Positions 1 through 9,903 of a stretch of 64,000 bases of DNA are shown piece by piece. This DNA is from Catajapyx aquilonaris (taxonomy: Eukaryota). The notes beneath the pieces were generated by a model. It ran no database searches, was not told the origin of the DNA, and saw nothing but the letters and a program-made list of their open reading frames with translations. The DNA lies in contig KZ538043.1 of assembly GCA_000934665.2 (NCBI GenBank), forward strand, positions 1 through 64,000, read 5' to 3'. The stretch's first letter is position 1. Every line of letters begins with the position of its first letter. The position numbers were made by a program, and so were the translations under genes.

Positions 1-289
1 CTCCCCGAAAATTTTCTCGATCCGCCACTGCCTCCATGGCACAAACCCGTCCGAACTCCGAACAGTGAAGCCCGTGACACGTTAGGAGAACGGAAATAAA
101 TAACATGGCGAGAACACGAGCATGAGTCGCAAGTCGGCCTCCTTCACCACGGGCAGCCAACACCGCAGGTACCGGTACGTCCCAACGCGGCCGCAATGGA
201 ACGATACGCTGGTTACAGCTACGTCATAGCTCATGTCACAGGAAACGAAACCAAATCGGTTCGGTTACCTAAATCACTTTCGATTCCCG

Positions 290-468
290 AGAATCGTTTC
301 GTTCCGAGAACCCGAAGTTTTGTTTCCTTGACTTTCGTTCCAGCATTTTGTTCCTGCATTTAGTTTCGGTTCCAGAATCGTTTCATTCCGAGAACCCGAA
401 GTTTTGTTTCCTTGACTTTCGTTCCAGCATTTTGTTCCTGCATTTAGTTTCGGTTCCAGAATCGTTTC
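290..468. repeat. 84-bp tandem repeat (2 copies plus a partial third), probably part of a degenerate non-autonomous element in the CPTP intron
   Basis: GAATCGTTTC recurs at 291, 375 and 459 with near-identical intervening sequence. Confidence 0.9.
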
Positions 469-976
469 TGTTCACGAAACGATTCGAACATACGGTTCTT
501 TCAGTTTAGTTTAGTTTCCTTTTGCAGCCCTGGTAAGAATTTCATGCTGATTATGAATCTTTGATGAAACTGTTCCAAAGTAACTGCTTTAATAAATAAG
601 CAGCTTAGTGCCAAAAATTGCAATTTTAGACATTATTATACGTAACTTAGGAAATAGTCGGGAGGTGACAATAAGTAAAGCTGCGTTTATATGTGAGCAA
701 TTTGACGATGAAGTCTTCACCGAGCGGTAACATCGCTGAGTAACCCAAGTAACCAGTATTGTTTGAGGCAAAAATAGGTTATTACTTTCACCTCAAACAA
801 TATTGGTTACTTGGATCGGCGAAGACTTGGCTTGGCAAAGACTTGGCCGCTTGTCAAACCGCTCACATGTAAACACAGCTTTACATTACTATTAGGTCCA
901 CATCAATGTAGGCAAAAACTTGCCTACTTTTTCCAGCGGGCCGTACATCTATTGAAATGCATCAAGTCTAATCTAC

Positions 977-1390
977 CCAGTGCTCTATGCAGCCTGAGCA
1001 GCGTCCTGGATCCGGACACGTAATCCTTCTTCTTGAGCAGGTTATTGTCAACCTCGTACCGGATCATCCTCTCTATCGTCACAAAATGGTCTCCTCTCTC
1101 CCCCTGCCTGAACTCCACCAGTATCTCCACCTTGGACTTGACATCAGACGCAACGAACCCAAACACCGTCCCCATCAGCTGGAAAAACCTGGAATGGAAC
1201 ATCCCGCGTCAAACGCATCATCAAAAGGACATGCAGTGTTGTCCGTTGCTGTTACTCACTTGTAGAGCTCCATGTACCCTTCGATGTACGAGTCCATGTC
1301 CAGCTCGTGATCGGTGTCCCTGACGCATGCCCTGAACTGGTCGTGCACCGTGGCGAACTGGAAGCGCTCGTCCTTCTTTGCCCCTGCCAT
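977..1390 (-). CDS. CPTP: Ceramide-1-phosphate transfer protein / GLTP-fold protein, first two coding exons (1390-1260, 1188-977); remaining exons not found in the window (partial)
   Basis: Spliced translation MAGAKKDERFQFATVHDQFRACVRDTDHELDMDSYIEGYMELYK/FFQLMGTVFGFVASDVKSKVEIL...SGSRTLLRLHRAL. It carries the GLTP/CPTP motifs 'G.VF.FV..DV..K' and 'SGSRTLLRLHRAL'. Donor GTGAGT at 1259, acceptor TCCAG at 1189 and donor GTAGAT at 976 keep the frame. Confidence 0.88.
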
Positions 1391-2015
1391 GGTCCCCGCC
1401 GCCAGCCAAGCCGATCCCAGCCGCACCAATCGAACAAGCCGGACAGAGGACACCACGTCCGCCCTGCCCCGTGGACACGTCCAAACTGGAGGGAGCTTCA
1501 GTCGGACGGCGGCAGGTGGCGACAGGAGCAAGAGACGGAACAGACGCGACATCTGGTCGCGGGAATGCCGAACTAGGCGGTGGAATCAATGCGGAAAGGT
1601 GCTGCCACCTGGGAGCTGGCAGCGGCGAATTGAACAGCAGAATAATCCAAGATGGCGCCGGCCAGTTGATTCATACAACAGGTGGGGAAACCCGATTTTA
1701 ATCCCGGTTTTTTTGCGGTTTTATGGTGACGGATGCAAATTGGATGGTTGGCGATGACGTCAACGGAACATTTACCAGCAGTACGTTCGACATGCTCATT
1801 ACCTGGACGCATGTTACGTAACATACGAAGAAAATCACTTGCGTTGTATGATGCACGTGGCATTTTTGACAGTCTGTGAGGTGCAATATATCCTCGGAAA
1901 AGAAACTCATTATGATCAAAAACTCACTTGCGAGAGAATTTAAATCACTGACTGTGAGCACAGAAAATACTGGTTGGCTTAGTATGAATTTGTAGGATTA
2001 TATTTACTTTACGTA

Positions 2016-2336
2016 TACTAGGGACAAGATAACTCATGCGTTTTGGGCGTGGCTTGTGTCCTTGGCAACCATGATTAGCCCCGCCCCCTGCCGAGTTTTT
2101 TTTGTATAGAATTTAGAACAATTGGTTGGGAAATATTCCCCCCCCCCCCCCCCCCCTGGGTTACCAATTGCGTTAGTGTAAACAAACTCATCTAATTCTT
2201 GGAGTTTTAGAACATAACGCCCATCTCCGTTGAAATTTAATCCTGAGGGGTCGACTGGTAGGGGGCGGGGTTAATTATTTGGTTGTCAAGGACACAAGCC
2301 ACCTCCCAAAACCCATGAGTTATCTTACCTCTACTA
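2016..2336. mobile_element. MITE with ~80-bp imperfect terminal inverted repeats, TA-flanked
   Basis: Left arm TACTAGGGACAAGATAACTCATGCGTTTTGGGCGTGGCTTGTGTCCTTGGCAACC matches the reverse complement of the right arm (TAGTAGAGGTAAGATAACTCATGGGTTTTGGGAGGTGGCTTGTGTCCTTGACAACC). The element is absent at the paralogous site (~6490-6500). Confidence 0.85.
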
Positions 2337-2871
2337 TAGTAAAAGCTCAAAATTACCCATATTGATTAGTGAATTTCTCTTATCGTACTTCGAGGTACTT
2401 CTATTGAAAAAAAGAAAGTGTTTCAGTAACAAACTTTGTTATTGAGGCTACACAGGGTTCGAGTAGCCTTTTGGTTTGTCTGTTGTTGCAAAGAATGTTA
2501 ACGTGCGGATTTACCATTCTTACCAGTTGCAGATAGGATAATGTTCGGTACAAGATTTCATGTAACTTTGGACTACACCATGAGGAGTCCTAGACATATG
2601 TTGAACGAAAGTGGGTCATACCAAGGTCATACCTGTACAGTGAAGATGTTGTGGATGCTTGAGACTATCAATTCACCTTCAAATGTGGTAGGAAGTTGTA
2701 CATCCTGTTTGACGCCTCTTGATATATGTAAAACTCACTGACATATTTGCAGGTTAGGAGACGTAATGGGAAGATGAGGAGAGTGAAACTTTCATCAAAT
2801 TTTTGCTGAGACCGGTGTGAACTAAAATGATATTTTTTGAAAGGTTCAGGTGTGCCAGATAGAAAGAAGAG

Positions 2872-3837
2872 ATGAGCCAGCACTTGCCACAAGTAAATTC
2901 AGACTACGGGGACATTGAGTATTGGAACGAGCGCTACAAGAATGAGGACTCGTACGAGTGGTTCAAACCATACGCTGCCTTCAGACACCTGGTCCATCAG
3001 CATATCAAGACCTCAGATCGGATTTTGGTCCTGGGTAGAGTATCAACATTTAAGTAAAAAATAATAATGTACCTTGAGGAAATGTAGGCAGGCGGCCAGA
3101 ACTAAGTCTTATTGAGAATGGTTTTGTGACATAACTTTGTTTGTAAGATTTAGTGCATCTCCTGTAATGCTTGCAACTTTGTTGCAACTTCTATTATCTT
3201 TCTGATATCTTTCATATGATAGCTGATAACGCAGTCTATTAATGCCATTGTGTAATTTGATATGACATGTTGACTTTGAATTTCAGGATGTGGAACAAGT
3301 CCTCTCAGCCTTGACCTGTACAAAGATGGATTCCACAAAGTGACCAATGTTGACTACTCTGATGTGGTCATCCAGAAGATGGCATCCCTCCAGCCTCAGA
3401 TGCAGTGGAAGACAATGGATATCCGCAGCATGGCTTTCCCCTCAGGCTCATTTGACGTGGTGCTGGACAAGGGGACGCTGGACGCTCTCTTAGCCAGCAC
3501 CCGAGGTAGTCCGTGGGCCATTCCAGATGAAGCGAGAGCCACTGTAGGAGCCGCCCTTAGAGAAGTCAGCCGGATATTGAACCCGAACGGAGGGCGCTTC
3601 ATATCAATAACCTTCGAGCAGCCCCATTTCCGGCGGAAAGTAGTCTGCATGGAGAATTACGGATGGGACTTCCAAACTTACACCTTTGGGGACGATTTTC
3701 ACTACTTCTTTTACGTTATGACCCGCGGGAAGGAGCTGGCCTCTGTTTGGGAACCACAGGTGAACAATAATCAGGAGATGTTCCAAGATGATGAAGGTGA
3801 CAAATACCTATGCAATATCTCAGTCGATGACTTGTGA
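2872..3837 (+). CDS. EEF1AKMT4: EEF1A lysine methyltransferase 4 / ECE2-N-terminal-like class I SAM methyltransferase, 2 exons (2872-3034, 3287-3837), 237 aa
   Basis: Motifs 'YGDIEYWNERY...YEWF', motif I 'ILVLG/CGTS' across a phase-1 intron, 'VTNVDYS', 'FDVVLDKGTLDAL' and 'GGRFISITFEQPHFR'. AATAAA follows at ~3869. Confidence 0.88.
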
Positions 3838-4328
3838 TATCACTAATTACAGTATGTTTTTACTGAAAAATAAAGCAGCGATTATTTTGCATTAATTTAT
3901 GTTTTTTCATAAAGATTCACGATAATCACTGATATGTATTCAGGTTTTTTCACCTGATTTGTACTTGAATGCTTTAAAATGGCATGGAAATTATATTTTT
4001 ATATGACTCCTTGTGCATTTACCATCGATCATTGCACACTTACAAGTAATGATACTCGGAATAATGGGTTATCTTTTGGAGAACTTCATTAATAACCAGT
4101 AGTTGCTCACTGATGAATATTTAAAAAAAGGTCAACAACATCTGATATTACCAGTTTTATTTTTATTAAGAAATAAAAGTGATTATTTTACACAAAGTGC
4201 AAATTTCCCCAGAGTGACTCACCAGATTGGTTCTACCAACAATCACATAAACAACATGTCAACAAATAATTAGATTATATATTCTCCTGCTTTTGCAATT
4301 GAACACTTAAAATAATGTGGTGTGTAAA

Positions 4329-6020
4329 TCAGGGTCCTCTGTATGCCTTGATCAATGTGCGCATGATTGGAAAAGGGGCCTTCACTCCAGGGCACTCCGA
4401 CTTGTAGTCGTCCGTGTTGAAATCAAATATCATGATCCCGCCAAAGTTGTTTTGGCGTATCCATTCACCCTAAAAACGCAATAGTTATGGATATTAACAC
4501 ATATCTTACGTGTAATACAGTATTTGACAGCATATATGACCCACTTTTTACTGTAAAAAATTACTCAAAAAATCACCTTGCATCTTACATGTGAAAATAC
4601 AATTGAAGCATTTTTCCTGAATATGATCTACGGTACTGAAATGCAAGTGCATCTTATATGCCTTCAAATGCGATAATTGCAGGTGATAAGAATTATCACC
4701 TTGTATCTAGCGCTCTCATCATCTTCGTAAGAGATCCACTCATGGTCTTTGTATGCGTACGGGACCTTACTCTCTTCATCGAACACCCGCTTGGCACCAC
4801 TTTCCAGAAATTTGCATGCGTCCACCACGCTGGTGTATCCACCTCCACCAGTCGTCCCCATACCTACAGCAAATGAGCTAAATCCGTGGAGGTCCGCCAA
4901 CAACAAATTCCAAGAGTGGCCATACACTGGCACTCCAACAACGACCTTCTCTCGAGGCATCCCTTTCTCAACCCACCGATTTGCGGACCAAGCTACGTTC
5001 ATGGTGCGGAAAAACCCCTTTTGGATGTGGATTGGAAACATCGGTGAGTTGGCTCCAGTCAGAGGATAGTACGAAAGGTAAAAGTGGTAGTCATAGCACA
5101 TCAGATTGACCCAATCAACATAAGGGGCCATGCCTGGTATGTCGTACGATTCATCAATTATGCTCATGGGTGCTCCAACAGCTGCGGTTAATATCATGCT
5201 GTGTTGAGTGAATTGATCGTGCAGGCCTTCCAACAATTTGTTGTAGCCAGAACGCTCCTCCTCGGACGGAAATTCCCAGTCGATATCAAGCCCATCGAAA
5301 TTGTGCAGTGTCAAAAATTTGAAGCTTTGCGAGACAAACCATCTCACTTTGGCTTCTGAGGTGATGACATCCGGTAGCCCAGTAGTGGAAGCGCCACTGC
5401 CTACAGTCAGCATTACTTTCAACCCTGGATTCCTCTCCTTCAATCGTGTCATGCGCCTGTACGCATCCATGTCGCCAGGTGAGCTTGGCCGGATCGTACC
5501 ATTAACGACGTCAGCACTAAGCATAAGAATGTGAGTACACAAGTGTGCATCGATTTGCTCCGGCTGCAGGCTGCCATTGTCACGTTCTATGGCGTAGTAG
5601 CATACGACTCTCGCAGGAGGTGGTGGGGAGTCGTCCAGGAGGATGTCTTCCTTATTGTGGTACATCTCTGAGTACGTCACATCCCGAAGTGTCCGCACTG
5701 AAATTGACGAAGTTCATTACTATGCGTGTAACATACTGTGTGTGTTAACTGAAAAATATTTTGCTGTACTGGTACCTCGAATAGGGCTTTTCTCCGCCTC
5801 CTGCAATATCCTTATTTCAAACGCTACGTGATTATAAACTAAATATCCTAGAGTTAAGATGGACAACAGGCAGAGTAGCTTCGTCATGACCAGCAATACC
5901 CGATGCTTCGTATGCCTGCAAATAACGAAGCAATTAGGACCATACTCGCATGTAAATTGTAACAGCGGTGTACCTCCGCGGATCCAAGTACACCTCATGC
6001 ACATCCTCAACCTTCCCCAT
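4329..6020 (-). CDS. GH18 chitinase, Cht11/group VIII-like with N-terminal type II membrane anchor, copy A; exons 6020-5974, 5915-5776, 5697-4700, 4469-4329; 441 aa
   Basis: The catalytic motif FDGLDIDWEFP is intact, with 'RVVCYY', 'LCTHI', 'VNLMCYDYH', 'VPYAYKDHEWISYED' and 'FGGIMIFDFNTDD'. The N-terminus is MGKVEDVHEVYLDPRRHTKHR followed by hydrophobic VLLVMTKLLCLLSILTLGYLVY. There is no chitin-binding domain. All introns are GT-AG and frame-consistent. Confidence 0.92.
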
Positions 6021-6800
6021 TGTCGTAGCGTCTTGTCAAGCGGCTTACTAGACCTTGAGTTGATCGGATGCCCGCAACATTGTCTCTGGGGCGGAAATGC
6101 AATAAGATAATCAGCAGAGACAACACCTCCTCTGTGCATCTGGATGGCCAAGTGTATACTCATCTTCTTATCACATCACACATGCTGGTGAAGGACTGAT
6201 AATACCAACATTAATCCCTGCGTACTGCACCGTCTGCACGAGTTGGGTAATTACCTCACTTGACAACCCGTCCAGATACGTTTGCCAATCTGCAGAGGGC
6301 TTGACTTTGGCCACTACTGCACGTGTTTGCCAATTGAAGGACGGAAGGCATTTCTGTGAGGTGCATTATATCCTGCAAAAGAAACTCAATATGCTCAAAA
6401 ACTCACTTGCGAGAGAATATAAATCACTGAGTACAAAAAGTGCTGGTTAGTTGGCTTAGTACGAATTTTTAGGATTAAATTTACCCTACATAGCAATATA
6501 GTAAAAGCTCAAAATTATGCGAATTGTGCTTAGTGAATTTCTCTTATCGTGCATTGAGAAACTTCTCTGTAGAAGAAAAATCTGTTTCGGTCACAAACTT
6601 CATTATTGAAGCTACGTAGGGTTCGAGTAGCCCTTGGAGTAGCCTTATTCCCCATTATTGTTTGTCTGTTGTTGCAAAGAATGTTAACCACAATGTGGAT
6701 TTACCATTCTTACCATTTGCAGATAGGGTAATGTACTGTACAAGATTTTCTGTAACTTTGGACTACACCATGAGGAGTACTACTGTACTAGACAGATGTT

Positions 6801-7139
6801 GGGAGGCGAAGTGGCGCTGCAGTAATGCACGCGCCCGAAGATGTTAAGGTCCCAGGTTAGATCCAGCCTGGGGTCCCCCCCTTCATCTCGTGCAGAGTTG
6901 GGTCATCTCTGGCTTCGTCTCGGGTGGAACCTCCGACAAACTAATCCACCCAGGGGAGTACACAATGTACCACTATGAGACACTGCACTTGCACCTTGCA
7001 CATCCCCTCTCAGTCACCCTGCCTGTGGGCCCGGGCGCTTCGTTGAAGGTTCAAAAAAAAAACTATATAAGGACATAATAATAAAGGTCCATGCTACACA
7101 CCTTGTAGAGGTCAAGCACTACCCGGATGATGATGATGG

Positions 7140-7189
<50 letters not shown>

Positions 7190-7212
7190 ATTATTATTAT
7201 TATTATTATTAT
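6801..7212 (+). mobile_element. tRNA-derived SINE (family 2) ending in a (GAT)n(TAT)n microsatellite tail
   Basis: The head GGGAGGCGAAGTGGCGCTGCAGTAA...GGTTAGATCC has degenerate A/B boxes. The body is collinear with the reverse-strand copy at 62630-62977. It is absent from the paralogous copy-A site (~2602). Confidence 0.8.
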
Positions 7213-7616
7213 TTGCAGATTAGGAGACATAATGTGAAGATGAGGAGAGTGAATCGTTTACCGATTTTTTGCTGAGGGTCTTTTATATAACTAGTTGTGT
7301 GATTACCATCAATCATCGTGCACTTGCCAGTAATGATGTCAGGGAATAATGTGGTCTCTATCGGAGACCTTCAAATCAGTAGCCGCTCACTGATGAAGAT
7401 CAAAAAAAAGGTCAACCACTTCTGATTATACCCGTTTTATTTTTATTCAGAAATAAAAGTGGTGATTATTTTACACAAAGTGTACACTCCCCCAGAGTGA
7501 CTCACCTGACTGGTCCTACCAACAATCACATAAACAACATGTCAACAAATAATATGAGATAATATAATTATATTCTCCTGCTTTTGTACTTGAACACTTA
7601 AAATGTGGTGTGTAAA

Positions 7617-9205
7617 TCAGGTTCCTTTATATGCCTTGATCAATGTGCGCATGATTGGAAAAGGAGCCTTCACTCCAGGGCACTCCGGCTTGTAGTCGTC
7701 CATGCTGAAGTCAAATATCATGATCCCGCCAAAGTTGTTTTGGCGTATCCATCCACCCTGAAAATGTAATAGTTATGGATGTTAACACATATCTTACATC
7801 CAATTACCATATTTGACAGCATATGAGACGCGCTTTTCCCCCGCAAAAATTACTCAAAAAATCGCATTGCGAATGATCACCTTGTATGTAGCGCTCTCGT
7901 CATCTTCATACGAGATCCACTCGTGGCCCTTGTATGCATACGGCACCTTACTCTCTTCATTGAACACCCGCTTGGCACCGCTTCCCAGAAATTTGCATGC
8001 GTCGACCACACTGGTGAACCCGCCTGAACCAGTGCTCCCCATGCCTATAGCAGGTGAGCTAAATCCATGCAGGTGCTTCAACAGCAAGTGCCAAGAGTGG
8101 CCGTACACCGGCACTCCAACGACGACCTTCTCTCGAGGCATTCCCTTCTCAACCCACCGGTTTGCAGACCAAGCTACATTCAGGGTGCGGAAATAGCCAA
8201 GTTGAGTGTGGCGTGGAAAGAGCGGCGAGTTGGCTCCAGTCAGAGGATAGTACGAGACGTAAAAGTGGTAGTCGTAGCACATTACATTGACCCAATCGAT
8301 GTGCGGGGCCATGCCTGGTATGTCGTACGATTCATCAATTATGGTCATGGGTGCTCCAACAGCCGCGGTTAATATCAAGCTGTGTTGAGTGAATTGATCG
8401 TGCAGGCCTTCCAACAATTTGTTGTAGCCGGAATGCTCTTTCTTGGACGGAAATTCCCAGTCGATATCAAGCCCATCGAAATTGTGCAGTGTCAAAAACT
8501 TGACGCTTTGAGAGACAAACCATCTCACTTTGGCTTCTGAGGTGATGACATCCGGTAGCCCAGTAGTGGAATCGCCACTGCCCAAACACAGCATTACTTT
8601 CAACCCTGGATTCCTCTCCTTCAAACGTGTCATGCGCCTGTACACATCCACATCGCCAGATGTGCTTGGCCGGATCGTACCATTAACAACTCCAGCATTA
8701 AGCACAATGATGTGAGTACACAAGTGAGCATCGACTTGCTCTGGCTGCAGGCTGTCATTATCACGAGCTATGGTGTAGTAGCATACGACTCTCACAGGCA
8801 TCGGTGGGGAGTAGTCCAAGAGGATGTCTGCCTTACTGTGATACATCTCTGAGTGCGTCATATCCCAAAGTCTCTGCCCTGAAATTGACAAATTTCGTTA
8901 CTAAGCGAGTGACATAGGCCTACTGTGTGTGCTCATCTGAAAAATATTTTGCTGTACCCGTACCTTGAATAGCACTTCTCTCCTCCTGCAATATCCTTAT
9001 TTCAAACGCTACATGATTATAAATTAAATATCCCAGAGTTAAGATGGACAGGAGGCAGAGAAGCTTCGTCATGACCAGCAATATCCGATGCTTCGTGTGC
9101 CTGCAAATAACGAATCAATTAGGAGCGTCCTCGCATGTAAATTGTAACAAAGGTGTACCTCCGCGGATCCAAGTACACCTCATGCACATCCTCAACCTTC
9201 CCCAT
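7617..9205 (-). CDS. GH18 chitinase, Cht11/group VIII-like, tandem paralogue copy B; exons 9205-9159, 9100-8964, 8878-7881, 7757-7617; 440 aa
   Basis: Same exon structure as copy A (47/137/998/141 nt versus 47/140/998/141 nt). FDGLDIDWEFP is intact and the N-terminal hydrophobic anchor is conserved. Confidence 0.92.
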
Positions 9206-9903
9206 TGTCGTAGCGTCCTGTCAGGCGGTTGACTAGGCCAGTTGTACTGCCTCCGGTTTATCGGACGTTACATATTATCTGCGGGGGAGGAAATGCAATG
9301 AGATAATCAGCGGGGACAACACCTCCTGTGTACAGCGGGATGGCCACTTTTGTGTACTCATCTTATCACATATCACATATATCACACATGCTGGTGTTTG
9401 CCAAGGACTGACAATACCTGCGTACTGCACGTGATGGGTACAATTACCTCACTTGCTGACAAAACCCGTCCAGATTGTCCCTGCCGTATGTTTGCCAACC
9501 TCCAGAGGGCTCGACCTTGGCCACTACTGCAGATGTTTGCCGATTGAAGGACGGAACTTGGCTTTTTTTTTTCCTCTTTCGCACAAAGTCAGTGCCAAAT
9601 GCACAACGAGTCACACTTTATTAGACTGGTTGACAGTTTGAAAGTGGCGCCATCTACATTTTCTACGAATTTGTTGCAATATTCGCGATTAATTGTGCTG
9701 TATGCCAATTCAGCACCTCGTTTTGAGGATATAATCTAAATAAAAGTTTTTAAATTAATTTCGTGTTCGTACTTAATGTAGGCTTTTTTTGTAACTGGCT
9801 ATTGGCAGCCTGAGTAACATTGGCGCAATTCGGGCCATGCTCGCATCACGTAACAACAACTTCATCGCAAATATTGGCAAATATTTTGTGGCACAACAGT
9901 ATA

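Noticed and set aside
105..175. ATGGCGAGAACA (histone H3-like 'MART') and a short MSRKSAS... reading with a GT donor
   Set aside because: The H3-like frame stops after 6 codons, and no downstream exon or homology supports the second reading.
290..468. Repeats superficially like a CRISPR array (also 10146-10215 and 48341-48428)
   Set aside because: These are tandem units without unique spacers, with no cas genes, in a eukaryotic context.
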